Shown: positions 24,523 through 35,924, counted from the stretch's first letter. The stretch: DNA of 64,000 bases from Callorhinchus milii (GCF_018977255.1 NW_024704742.1:5458001-5522000), one strand, 5' to 3'. Program-made: numbers and translations. Notes: generated by a model from the letters alone, not told the origin.

Positions 24523-26472
24523 GAATCAACCGAACAAGATCAGACAGTTTATAATACCTCAGGTCTGGATAATGATGAACCATACGACAATAACCAACAA
24601 ACTGCAAATAAAACAAGCGAGGGACCCAATGAACAGCTCAAAGCAAATGGCCAAAGCAATATAGTCTCAGGAAAGGAGGAGTTGTTCATCAGCCATTCAT
24701 TGGCAAACACATATCCAAATAAGACTGCAACGAGACAGACTCTCTATCAAGTTGGATCAGAAGAGGCATTGTTTGCCTTCAATGAAGAGATTAAGAACCG
24801 CGAAGGAATGGTACAAAGTTTCCAAGAAAAAGCCACCTATAGGATAAAATCAGAAATAAAATCATTGACGTCAAATGTAAAACATTCAAGGTTGCCAGAA
24901 AAATCGCGTTCAGATGAAAATATCTCGATCAGTAGAGGTTCATCTCGAACAAATGAGAAAAGCCCAGATATGTATTCTTTTGACATGACTAAGGTGCTTT
25001 CCAATTTAAACCGTGTATCCTTTAAGACATTCGGCATGGCAAAACATTTATCAGCACCCACCTTGCAAGGAAAAATGGAAATCCGCTCTGTACAGTTCCC
25101 TGCCATTTCAAAACTTGGTAGCAAATCCTTAGTTGACAATTTGGTTGATTCTTTTCCAAAAACAGAAGAAAATGCCAGAATGGCTAATTTCAATTCATAT
25201 ATTAGGGATGCAAATGACCCGGATCCACAGGTTGTTAATGGTCAATGCTCACCAACTGAATTCAGTATTCCTCAGAAAAATAAGGAAATAGAGAACGTTG
25301 AGATGAATGATTTTTCGGGGCATCTTTGCAAGATACAGAAACAGAGAATCAAACAAGTCTCTGAGTCTCTTCTACTCTTCCCACAAACCGATGTGGACAA
25401 GGTCAGTGGAGCACAGCGTTCAACACTTTGTTCACAAGACAAAGACCTTTCTCAGGAAATATGCTTGCCACCACGCACATCAAAGAAGCTGCACGAGGTA
25501 GAACAGCAATGCTCATTGACTCAGGAATCTTGTGGCAGAGAGCTGGTGCCTAGACTTCCAATCTCTAGTCAATTAGAATCCATACTAAATAACTCCAACA
25601 ACTTTGAGCAGCCAGAGGATCAACTGGACAGCAGTGTTGAGTTTGAGAACTCTGTTACACTCACAATGGACTCCGCGGGTAATGAGCTGCCTGTGGGCGG
25701 GATGGAAGCCTGCAGTTGCCGGCTGGTTTACCAGAACTGCTTTAGGGGATCGGTCAGTGACGTTAATGATGACAAAAAAGATCCAGAACCTTCCACGGAA
25801 TCCCTGTCGCCAAGGACCATTCCACCTTCTTCCGGAAGTCCGTTATCCGAGTACCATAACACTTTTACGAGAAAGAGTGACGAAACTGTGCTCAGTGGCT
25901 GTCTTCCCGGTCACCTTGAAATGAACAGTACAGTGGGAGGTGTGAAAGAGAAAGATAGTCTTCTGTCACAGTTCAAAGATAAAAGATATAATATGCCAAG
26001 TGGGTTCACTTTGGTACAGAATGATATCGCGGAACTATGCAAGCTTTTGAAGGAAGATTACAGAGCAAGTCACACAGAAGGAGATTGTGCAATACTTTCC
26101 TCAAGAAACAAGCAGACGCTGTACACTGAATCCAGGAAGCTGATGTCCACTTGTCAGAAGGCCGTCAAAATAGATCAAACACCAGACCAAATGCTTATGG
26201 GGGTTTCTGAAAGTTTCCAGACCCTTGCACGACTAACAGCAACATGTCTCCGGTTCACAACCTGCATGCGTTGCATTGAATGTCACACAGAAGTAGTCGC
26301 TAACCTGAAACGGGTTATCTGTATTTATAAAACATTTGTACGAGCTTCTGAAAATGCATGTGGCAAAGAGTTGGATGATATGAGTGTCAAGTTACTGGCT
26401 CGAGAATGTACTGAACTGACTGCTAGTGTGTTCTGCCTCACCCGGCTGTTCACAAGTGCTCCACCTTTGTAA
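24523..26472 (+). CDS. FRMPD1: FRMPD1 last exon, segment after the frameshift, to the stop codon
   Basis: Frame open from 24514 to TAA at 26470. Conserved C-terminal region CSCRLVYQNCFRG ... SVKLLARECTELTASVFCLT matches the recalled FRMPD1 C-terminus. Confidence 0.85.
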   Translation, partial: ESTEQDQTVYNTSGLDNDEPYDNNQQTANKTSEGPNEQLKANGQSNIVSGKEELFISHSLANTYPNKTATRQTLYQVGSEEALFAFNEEIKNREGMVQSFQEKATYRIKSEIKSLTSNVKHSRLPEKSRSDENISISRGSSRTNEKSPDMYSFDMTKVLSNLNRVSFKTFGMAKHLSAPTLQGKMEIRSVQFPAISKLGSKSLVDNLVDSFPKTEENARMANFNSYIRDANDPDPQVVNGQCSPTEFSIPQKNKEIENVEMNDFSGHLCKIQKQRIKQVSESLLLFPQTDVDKVSGAQRSTLCSQDKDLSQEICLPPRTSKKLHEVEQQCSLTQESCGRELVPRLPISSQLESILNNSNNFEQPEDQLDSSVEFENSVTLTMDSAGNELPVGGMEACSCRLVYQNCFRGSVSDVNDDKKDPEPSTESLSPRTIPPSSGSPLSEYHNTFTRKSDETVLSGCLPGHLEMNSTVGGVKEKDSLLSQFKDKRYNMPSGFTLVQNDIAELCKLLKEDYRASHTEGDCAILSSRNKQTLYTESRKLMSTCQKAVKIDQTPDQMLMGVSESFQTLARLTATCLRFTTCMRCIECHTEVVANLKRVICIYKTFVRASENACGKELDDMSVKLLARECTELTASVFCLTRLFTSAPPL

Positions 26473-28254
26473 TATGAAACGACCATGTTTGTAAGGTTTT
26501 TGAGCCATGGAGGAACGCAAATAAATGTTGTTAAAATAAATTCGGAAGATGCTGCATAAAAGCCATTCCACAAGTCCAGAAATCCAGAAGTTGCCTAACA
26601 GCTCAGAAAGTGGGTTACAGAACTTTGAGAGCACCTTTATCAAACAGAAGGCACGTAATATCAATGATATAATGCTACTGCTCACCAAGTTGTCGATGCC
26701 ATGCAATAACCATTCAGTAATTTTAATGAAAGGCTACCTCTTCCAGCATTTGCCTGTCGAACTCCTGCAAAGCATCAGTCACTTGTATTTTGTGAAGATA
26801 CCTCTTGGGGAGGGGTTGATCACTGTGAGTTGCAATTCTGGCTTTTCATCTGTGGGGCTTAGTTTTAAAAGTTCGGTCCAGAGTAATGGGATGAAAGTCA
26901 TCTTTCTCTGCTGTGTCAGGATCCTAAGTGAATGGGGTTAGAGACAGTGGAGGCTCCTGTCTTTAATAGGAGTAACGCGAAACCATTAAATCACATGTGA
27001 TATCCAGGCTAGTCTCAAAAGGGGTTGAGATTCCTACGTGATAGCCAAAAGAGACAGAGCGAAACAGAAACAAAGACCCTTTTTGAGGCTAGCCTCTCAC
27101 CTAGCCTGTCAGACTATTTTGTCGTAAAATTTAAGATTGTACGGAATCGTGGAAAAATCATCAATCGAATTTTAATTTGGAAGCCCCCGGGTCCTTAAGA
27201 AGAATTTTCCACAATTCTACACAATCGTAGAATTTAAGATGACAGCAACGGCAAACAATCTTACGTTTATACATCGCCTTTCCCATCGAGAACCTGAGCT
27301 GGGCTGGGGGGAGGAGCTGTGGAGGGGGGTTGTTGAGAAGCGTGGGGGCGGGAGCTGCAGTGGGATAGCGGGGGGCGGTGTGGCGGGAGGTGGACAAAAC
27401 CAGAAAGGTAGAACTTTAAAGGTGGAGAGGGAGGGGTGAGTTGAGGCTCAGTGACGGAGCGGAGGCCAAATGGCCTAACGCTATCTACTGATGATGGGTC
27501 AGATTGGGCGGTTTCTGTGAAGCAGGCCAGTGCTCACTGAGCGAAGGGAACAGCTGGGCAGAACAGGTGGTCCTGCCGGAGGTTGCTGCTGATAGAGTGG
27601 ACATCACTGTGGAGGGATTTGAATGTAAAAACTAGGATCATGGATTCAGTCCACTGGAGAATGAGTAGCCGTGAAGGAGAGGTAAAATAATCTTATATGC
27701 TAAGACAAGATGGAATCTGGGCCCCTTATCTCTCTAACTGAGTCTCTAATATTCGCTCTCTTTCCTCTGTGGCTTTCTTTATCCCTGTGTACAAAAATCT
27801 CAACAGTTACCTTCGCATTAGCTGGCAAAGCAAATCCAGTTGTGAGCACGTGCGAAGTTGCCAGCAAGCGAGGTTATTAAGGATGGAAATGAGTGCCAAA
27901 GCACAAGTAAATCCTGTCAATAATAACCTAGCAAATTCACACCTGTGCATTCACACCTGGAAGTTGAATTTTATTGCCTAACATGACGGAGGGGGTTGGC
28001 ATTCTGTCGCAAGAGCCAACAGCAAGCCAATGAGGCTTAGCTTCTTTCACCTCTGATGGCTGACCACCACTGATTTCGGAGAAACTCACTCAAGTTCCTA
28101 GAGGGGTTCAGGCCATGACACAAAACTGCCCATAATTTTGCATTAATTATTAATCTTACTCAGAAAGCCAAATGGGTGGGTGTTGTGTATATGAGAGTCA
28201 AAGAGAGAAGGTGATGTCAAGGTGGTGCAGGATTACTGTTGCATTAGAAATTAC

Positions 28255-28480
28255 CTTTGCATTACAGGAAAGATATTAAGGCGCTGGAGGTGGTACAGAG
28301 GAGATCCACCAGGATATTGCCTGGAATGAGGAAATACAGTTCTCGGGAAAGGCTTGATAAATTGGGGCTTTTTATTTTGGAACTCAGAAGGCTGATAGAG
28401 GACACGATTGGAGGTTTAAATGAGGTGGTAGGGAAAGATTATTTCAGTGGTCAGGGGGTCAGAAGACAGTTAATTTTAGG
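28255..28480 (+). mobile_element. CR1 fragment
   Basis: Encodes YRKDIKALEVVQRRSTRILPGM...LDKLGLFILELRRL. Confidence 0.8.
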
Positions 28481-29337
28481 GTAAAGGCTTAATGAACCAC
28501 GGTGTGATTCAAACCTGTTCAAACTTTCGATGTGACTGCATTCTATTTATTGGCATTTCATGGCTAGATAGCTAATCGCTCTCTCAGGTGACGAAACAGT
28601 AATGGAGGTAATACTATCGTTCCACAAATGCTAGCATTTGTCAGGTATAGGTGTATAAAACATAGCACAAGTCCTACAGGTTTACTGGTTTGTTCTGTGG
28701 GATCCTTTAGGATTTGTGGACAAAATGTCGGTATTGTAAAGAATGAGATGATAGTTTTCAATCAGTGTTGAACATGTTATACAGGCTTTTTTTTGTTCTT
28801 TCATTCATGACTCAAAACCCCAACAAGCTTACTGTTGATACTTTGCTGGGATAAAATTAAAAGCATGTAACATACTATAACAGTCTCAACTAAATGTATG
28901 GGTCGTTTCGTGTAGGCATGCACGCAAGTATCCTGCTGTGTGTGTATATTAAAAGCATACATGTAAAACAGGGATCCCATTTTATATTTTTTGTGACTTT
29001 GCAAAACTGTGCTCACATTATATGATCTACTGCAAATGCATTTTGCAACACTGCTTTCTTCCTCCATTTTTTTCTTCTGTGCCACCTCTTCTGAAGTGGT
29101 GGCTTCATTGGGCAGAAACAACCTTGTACATAGGCTATTCTTCATTTTACGTTTGGGCAAATAGTGAGCATCTCACTGTATTTGACAATGGGAGCCATTG
29201 CAGATAACTAAGCCCTGCCTCATTCACATAATCACATTCCCAACAGCAGTCCCTGGATAGCAGTCAATAATGGAAATTTGGGTTGATTTTCCTCCTCTCG
29301 CTCAGCAGCTGTCTCTGTACGTATCAGGAGACAATAT

Positions 29338-29657
29338 GGAGTCCTGCAGCTCAGTGGTTAGAGTACTCGCTTTGCAAGCGAGAGACCTGAGTTCAGTTCC
29401 AGGCAGGTCAGGGCGAAACCTTGGGCAAGTTTCCTTACTCCACACACCTAATAATAATCCCTCCAAAACCAAAAACGATAATAAATTGGTCATTTTCAAT
29501 CTACGACTGTTTGTGGGACATTGCTGTGCGCAATTGGCTGCCGCGTTCGCCCACAAATATACAGTCAATTCACTTTACAGTGTGTTCTGTGCAGCGCTTT
29601 GGGACGTCCTCCCGACGTGAAAAGCGCTATATCAAATGCAAGGATTATTATTATTAT
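29338..29657 (+). mobile_element. Full-length young SINE
   Basis: Near-identical to the 34019 and 45401 copies. Confidence 0.92.
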
Positions 29658-29977
29658 ATGTAAGTGCGAGTTGTTGTTGTTGCTGAAAACTTCAGTTTCT
29701 ATGCTAAAATGTATACAGCAGCGCAGAAGTCAATGCTAAACTGTATCCTGTCGCAAGTGATCCTAGATGCACGTAAAACAAATCAAGATGAGATTGTCAT
29801 TTAACTGGCTTTCACAACACAAGCAAATAACATTGTGATGCTACGTGAATGGGTTGCTTAAATTAGTTAGTGGTCATCTTCAGTTTTTTATGTGCCACAC
29901 AAATTCAGCTGAGTTCAAACTGCTGTAAAAGGAGTCATTCGATTGGCACAATGTTCAATCAGGTGTTGAGAATCCTG

Positions 29978-29983
29978 AATAAA
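29978..29983 (+). terminator. Candidate distal FRMPD1 poly(A) signal (proximal AATAAA also at 26520 and 26535)
   Basis: AATAAA followed by GT/T-rich sequence (gtgtgtccttttctgttt). Confidence 0.35.
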
Positions 29984-30423
29984 CTATATTTTCTGTAAAT
30001 GGAAATCGAGCTAATGTGTGTCCTTTTCTGTTTCCACTTACAAGCAAGTCTGCTACTTTGTGAGGGAGGGAAACACTGGGGAAATGCTTAAACCAAAGAA
30101 TTAATGTTTCACAGAGCGTTGGAAAAGTGCCAGTCCTGCAAGACGTGAATGTCTTTGATCTGTTGGAATTTCATTTTCTTTCTTTCCATGAACTGAACAA
30201 CAAGTATTCTCTGTGGCCACTCAGGATGCTAAATAAGAAAAATACCAGAATCTGCTTCGCTCAGAGCAGAACATAGCTGTTGTCAGTTGTGTCCTATAAT
30301 GATCCAATGGTGAATTATTCTTCGTAAAAGAATTTAGAAATATAATTATACATTGTAGTCATAGAATCCTACAGAACAGAAGGCGGTCAATACATCATAT
30401 TGTTTTAGAAGTGGGCACTCTAT

Positions 30424-30866
30424 TCCCGAATTCAAGATCCTCATCCTCACCTACAAGGCCATTCACGGCCTCGCTCTCTCCTACGTCTCCGACCTACTAT
30501 CCCCCTACCTACCTGCCCGTACCCTCCGTTCCTCCGGCTCCGGTCTGCTCCACATCCCCTGCCCCAACCGCCCTACCATCGGTGGCCGGGCCTTCAGCCT
30601 CTCAGCCCCGAGGCTCTGGAACTCTATCCCCAGTGCCTTCGCCGCCTCCTCCCTTTCCTCCTTCAAGGTCGGTCTCAAGACCTTTCTCTTTGGCCTTCAG
30701 CCTTCAGCTCCCCTCGCAACTCTCTACCCCCTCCTCGCTCCCTCCCTTCCCTCCCCTCACCCTGACCATTTCCCCCCAAAGCTCAGGTCCTGACCCAACT
30801 GTACAGGGCCTTGGGACGTCCTCCCGACGTGAAAGGCGCTCTATAAATGGAATCTTGTTGTTGTTG
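30424..30866 (+). mobile_element. L2 3' end, young
   Basis: Highly similar to the reverse complement of 10312-10800; (TTG)n tail. Confidence 0.9.
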
Positions 30867-31774
30867 AAAGTGTGCCAATTTACTAAATTATTGCATTGAA
30901 AGAAATGTGCGAGGATAATAAAGAGGCTGAATTCTTGAAACTGCACATTGATTCTGCACTCCACTATTACATTGTGGACAGCACTTATAGGATTGCAAAG
31001 TGCAAATTATAGCTGCGTTTAGTGCTCATTGCACTTTCCTATCATAAATAAACCACGTGACAATAATTATAAATGCTAATAATTGACTAGAAAGGAATGG
31101 TAAAGGGAATCAAAGACTTGCTGCCTTTAGATTAATTCTCTGTGGCCCTATTCTTATGTAATGTCATTTCCGATCTCATTATTTCACATACTTATATTTT
31201 GTTTCCAGTCAATTGTTGCGACCCATGCTCTTTTTTTTTATCGCGTGAATTATACGTTCCTTTCAGGTGCACTCTGAAAGTCGTGATCCTTCACTTCTGT
31301 CGAGGATACGAGCCAGGTCAGAGCGATATCAAGGGCAACCCACAACACTTTATTTATCTTAATCTACTATGTATTCAAAGAACCAATAGTCTACAAACAG
31401 AATTTCCCGAACGCAGCACAGCGACGCAAGAATAAAAAACTTTAGCATCGCATGCAATTCATATTTTAAGACTACTGAGCTTAAAAGAACTTTAACATAA
31501 CATGCAATTGTATACTTTAAGCGCCTACTGTGCCTCATTAAATGGAGCCTGCCTGGAAATCACTGACTGTTTCTATCAGTCAGCACTTCCCAAAACATAC
31601 CTCAACTCAATATCTCCACAAGTGCCCGTAACCTTTCTCGTTCTCTCTCTTTTACTCCTAACTTGTTCCTTGCTTCATTCTAATCAGGACTTCTGTCCGT
31701 GTTCCATCTGTTTATCTTGTTGCTTATTCCCAGCCTAGTGCTGGTCAACAGGACTATCTCTGGGCACGCACTCC

Positions 31775-32620
31775 ATCCGTGATATGGAGTGCAATTGCGG
31801 TATCTATCCACGAGAAGGGTGACCCTAGTGAGACTGAGAAATATAGAGGGATCTTGCTGATTTCAGTGGGTTTTAAGGTGGTGTTTTGGATAGTCACATA
31901 CATGTCATACACATTGGAGACTCATGCTTTGATCAGGAAGGAGCAGACTGGCTTCTGTTCTCGTGACGAATGTGTGGAACAGGTTGTGGCTTTGTATGAG
32001 ATCTCAGAACTTTGTAAGGCTGAGGGGAAACACAACTACATTGCCTCCCAAATGCAGAACCATGGTTCTATACGGCTCAAGAGGAGACATCAAGGCTTTT
32101 GATTCGAAGATACAAGGGGCAGCAGTCCCGATCGATAATCCTTATCCGTGCTTCAGGGTCGTGGTAGATATCAACTTTTCTTAAACACTGACCTGAAGGA
32201 CTTCACAGAGAAGGAGCAAAGCACACTCTGGTTGTGCTCCTCTCTCTCAAGGACAGCAAGGTCCCAGTACAGGTCAAGCTTGTGGCATACAAGACCTGTG
32301 TGCAAACAGTTCTCCTTTATGGTCTGAGCTCCTGGGGATTCAGCCGAGAGGTTCCGTCAGGCCATTCGTGTAGTTCAGGATGAAGCAGTGAGGTGGATTT
32401 GTGACAAACACGGGAAGCAGCTGCAGGGAGGGAGGGCTCTGGTATACACTGACCTGTCACTATGCACACTATAGGCGGAATTGGCTTTGCAGCGGGTACG
32501 TCTACTTGCCCAGGCTCCTCACAGGAGGATCTGGATTAGGGTAAGTGGTGAATAAGTCTGATACGTGACACAGGACTTGGACCTCGAGAACACAAAGATG
32601 GCTGCCACATCACAACCTGA
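31775..32620 (+). mobile_element. Degenerate RTE/RTEX-like non-LTR retrotransposon
   Basis: RT N-terminal motifs KGDP...YRGILLIS...KEQTGF..RDECVEQVVALYEI, and downstream VLLYG...WG. Confidence 0.65.
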
Positions 32621-32661
32621 CGTAAAAGGTCCTTACTGAGAGGTAAGTAGCTGGCAATGTC

Positions 32662-33475
32662 AGTTGAATATCAACAAGACTGAGGCCTCCCTGTTTGGCT
32701 CCCATCAGGGCCTCCATAACTCGGCCCCTGAGAGCATCACCCTTCATGGATGTACTCTACACCTCATGGAACCAATATGGAACCTCAGCATCCTGTTCGA
32801 CCATTCCCCACATCCGTGCCATGACCTGCTCTGCCTTTCCGCACCTCCGCAATATTGCCCGGCTCCACTACTGTCTCTCACCGCAGGCCGCTGAGACCCT
32901 TATCCACACATTCATCACATTGACTACAAAATCTCCCTGCTTGTCGGCCTCTCCAATTCCTCCCTCCATAGGCTGCAGATCATCCAGAACTCTGTAGCCC
33001 ATGTACTCTCCCTCCGTGACCCTATCACCCGCATCCTCACCCGACTCCACTGACTCCCCGTCACTCAGAGGATACAGTTCAAGATCCTGGCCCTCCCCTT
33101 CAAAACCCTCCACAGCCCTGCTCCTCCCTACCTCTATGACCTCCTAAGCCCCTACCAACCTGTCCCCTCCCTCCGCTCAGCAGACCCCGGCTGGCTTTAT
33201 GCTCCTGCCTTGCCACCATTGCCGGGCAGGCCTTCAGCCTCTCTGTCCCCACTCTCTGGAACTCCATCCCACAGTCTCTCTCCCTCGCCCACTCCCTTGC
33301 CTCCTCTTTGACCCTCCTCTTTGACCGTGTCTTCGGTCACCCTCCTGCCTCTACCCTCCCCACCCTCCACCCCTCCTGATGCCAACCAGCTCAGGTCCGG
33401 CTCCCTGACTGTCCAGTGGCTTCGAAACGTCCTCCTGACATGAAAGGTGCTATACAAATGTAATTTGTTGTTGTT
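32662..33475 (+). mobile_element. L2 3' fragment, older
   Basis: Encodes LNINKTEA and HLRNIARL..LSPQAAETLIH; L2 tail present. Confidence 0.88.
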
Positions 33476-34018
33476 GGCAAGCATCAAATGGCAAGCTACA
33501 ACTGGTTAGAAGACTCCAGCAGTACATACACTCTGAAGTCCCCAAACATTAGCCCCTGCCAGCCTTTGCCTAATAGTCTCCAGAATTAGGTAAGCAGGAC
33601 ACGTTCTACCAGGGAGAGAGTGTGGTGCGCATCCATCACAATAAATATAACCGGGATTCAGAATCCTGCATTGTGCCTCATTCCTTCTGCTCCACCTTGG
33701 GCGGCCGGGCTTTACTTCCTTAGGACTCTGGAGCTCTCTGCCTCCATCCATCTCCCTTGCGCTCTCTTTGCCCATCTTCAGATTATATCGGAAGACCTTC
33801 CTCTTCAAGTGTGCCAAGACGTCACCTCGTGTGAAGGGCGCGCAATAATTGGGAGGCAGTTGTTGCGTGGAAATTGTCTGCTGCTTTTTGTCTTCCAAGA
33901 ATACTGTGACGACGCTGAGCGGTGATGATTATTATTATTATTATTATTATTAATTACTCTGCGGTCTTCAAAGACTTTTGTTATGACTCTGATGAAGCGA
34001 TGCACCACATCAAGTGGT

Positions 34019-34347
34019 GGAGTCCTGTAGCTCAGTGGTTAGAGCACTCGCTTTGCAAGTGAGAGACCTGAGTTCAATTCCAGGCAGAGGGTGAAACCTT
34101 GGGCAAGTTTCCTTACTCCACACAGAGCCTAATAATAATCCCTCCAAAACCAAAAACAATAATAAATTGGTCATTTTCAATCTACGACTGTTTGTGGGAC
34201 ATTGCTGTGCGCAATTGGCTGCCGCGTTCGCCCACAAATATACAGTCAATTCACTTTACAGTGTGTTCTGTGAAGCGCTTTGGGACGTCCTCCTGACGTG
34301 AAAAGCGCTATATCAAATGCAAGGATTATTATTATTATTATTATTAT
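34019..34347 (+). mobile_element. Full-length young SINE
   Basis: Intact head, core and (ATT)n tail. Confidence 0.92.
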
Positions 34348-34566
34348 CAAATGATATCGCGGCACAAATTTACGATCGTGCTGCGCGCCGGCCTTCCGGG
34401 TCGGGACGACAGGCTGAGTGACGACACAGGATGGTCCCGGCTTGGCTCGGCTCGGAGCGCCAGCCGGGGGGCCGGCGGGCGGGGGGGGAGAGGGGGAAAG
34501 AAAGATGCCCGAAGGTGCGCTCGGAGAGGGAGATGTTTCAAGACTGAGGCGGAGAGATACAGAGGG

Positions 34567-35395
34567 GAGGGGGGCGTCGAGGGGTCCGGGGTGTGGAGTG
34601 GGGGGGGGCGGCGAGGGGTCCGGGGTGTGGAGGTGGGGGGGGGGGCGGCGAGGGGTCCGGGGTGTGGAGTGGGGGGGGGGGCGGCGAGGGGTCCGGGGTG
34701 TGGAGGGGTGGGGGGCGGCGAGGGGTCCGGGGTGTGGAGTGGGGGGGCGGCGAGGGGTCCGGGGTGTGGAGTGGGGGGGCGGCGAGGGGTCCGGGGTGTG
34801 GAGTGGGGGGGGCGTCGAGGGGTCCGGGGTGTGGAGGGGGTGGGGGCGGCGAGGGGTCCGGGGTGTGGAGGGGGGGGGGCGGTGAGGGGTCCGGGGTGTG
34901 GAGTGGAGGGGCGGCGAGGGGTCCGGGGTGTGGAGGGGGGGGGGGCGAGGGGTCCGGGTGTGGAGTGGGGGGGGGCGAGGGGTCCGGGGTGTGGAGTGGG
35001 GGGGGGGGGGGGTCCGGGGGTGGAGGGGGGCGGCGAGGGGTCCGGGGTGGGGGGGGGGGGGGGGGGTGTGGAGGTGGGGGGGGCGAGGGTCCGGGGTGTG
35101 GAGGGGGGGGGGCGGCGAGGGGTCCGGGGTGTGGAGTGGGGGGGGCGGTGAGGGTCCGGGGTGTGGAGTGGGGGGGGCGAGGGGTCCGGGGTGTGGAGTG
35201 GGGGGGGGGGAGGGGTCGGGGTGTGGAGGGGGGGGGGGGGGGCGAGGGGTCCGGGGTGTGGAGTGGGGGGGGGCGAGGGGTCCGGGGTGTGGAGTGGGGG
35301 GGGGCGGCGAGGGGTCCGGGGTGTGGAGTGGGGGGGGGCGAGGGGTCCGGGGTGTGGAGGTGGGGAGGGGGCGGCGAGGGGTCTGGGGTGTGGAG
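34567..35395. repeat. G-rich minisatellite, about 25 units of about 30-35 bp
   Basis: Unit GGCGAGGGGTCCGGGGTGTGGAG(T)G(n)C with a variable poly-G run. Confidence 0.95.
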
Positions 35396-35398
35396 CGG

Positions 35399-35537
35399 TG
35401 GGCGGGGCCAGCCTGGCGATGGGCGGGACCGGTCGGGCGGTGGGCGGGGCCGGTCGGGAGGTGGGCGGGGCCGGCCGGGCGGTGGGCGGGGCCGGCCGGG
35501 CGGTGGGCGGGGCCGGTCGGGCGGTGGGCGGGGCCGG
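35399..35537 (+). promoter_or_regulatory. Seven 21-bp tandem GC-box (Sp/KLF) units
   Basis: TGGGCGGG starts at 35399, 35420, 35441, 35462, 35483, 35504 and 35525. Confidence 0.85.
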
Positions 35538-35924
35538 CTCCGGGACGGATGCAACGCGATGACGCGCGGTCGGCCGCTCGGGCGAACGTGCGCGCGGTTG
35601 ACGCGGCGACGCACGGGTGACGCGGTGACGCGATGACGCACGGAGCGATGGGCAGCGGACGTTGGCTCGGGAAGGGGGAGGGGTCGGGTAACGGTCGCGG
35701 CGCGAGGCGCGGTGGGAGTGAGGAGAGCGGCGGCACCGGGCCAGGCCGGGCCGGGCCTCACACAGCGACAGCGGGCAGCCAGGCCTCAGCCAGGCCCCGG
35801 CCGGCAGTGTCCCTCCCTCCTTCCCCCCTGCCGAGTGAGTGAGGGAGGGAGTGAGAGAGAGAGTCCGGGGGCGACAACAGCACCAGGTCAGCTGTCGGCG
35901 AACCTCCCTCCGCACAGGCACCGA

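Noticed and set aside
24563..24670. Possible small intron (CAG|gtctgg ... tctcag) to repair the FRMPD1 frame
   Set aside because: 108 bp is a multiple of three, so the frame is not corrected; there is also no pyrimidine tract.
29270..29739. Recurrent ORFs such as MESCSSVVRALALQ and MGKFPYST seen at several loci
   Set aside because: Translations of the same SINE, not a gene family.
34019..34090. tRNA-Ala-like sequence (many copies)
   Set aside because: These are SINE heads. They lack a proper acceptor stem and continue into the Deu core and L2 tail, so they are not tRNA genes.
34378..34545. Possible minus-strand exon of a divergent transcript (cctcag acceptor, gtaaat donor)
   Set aside because: Only splice-like words are present, with no partner exons or coding signal; not supportable from sequence alone.
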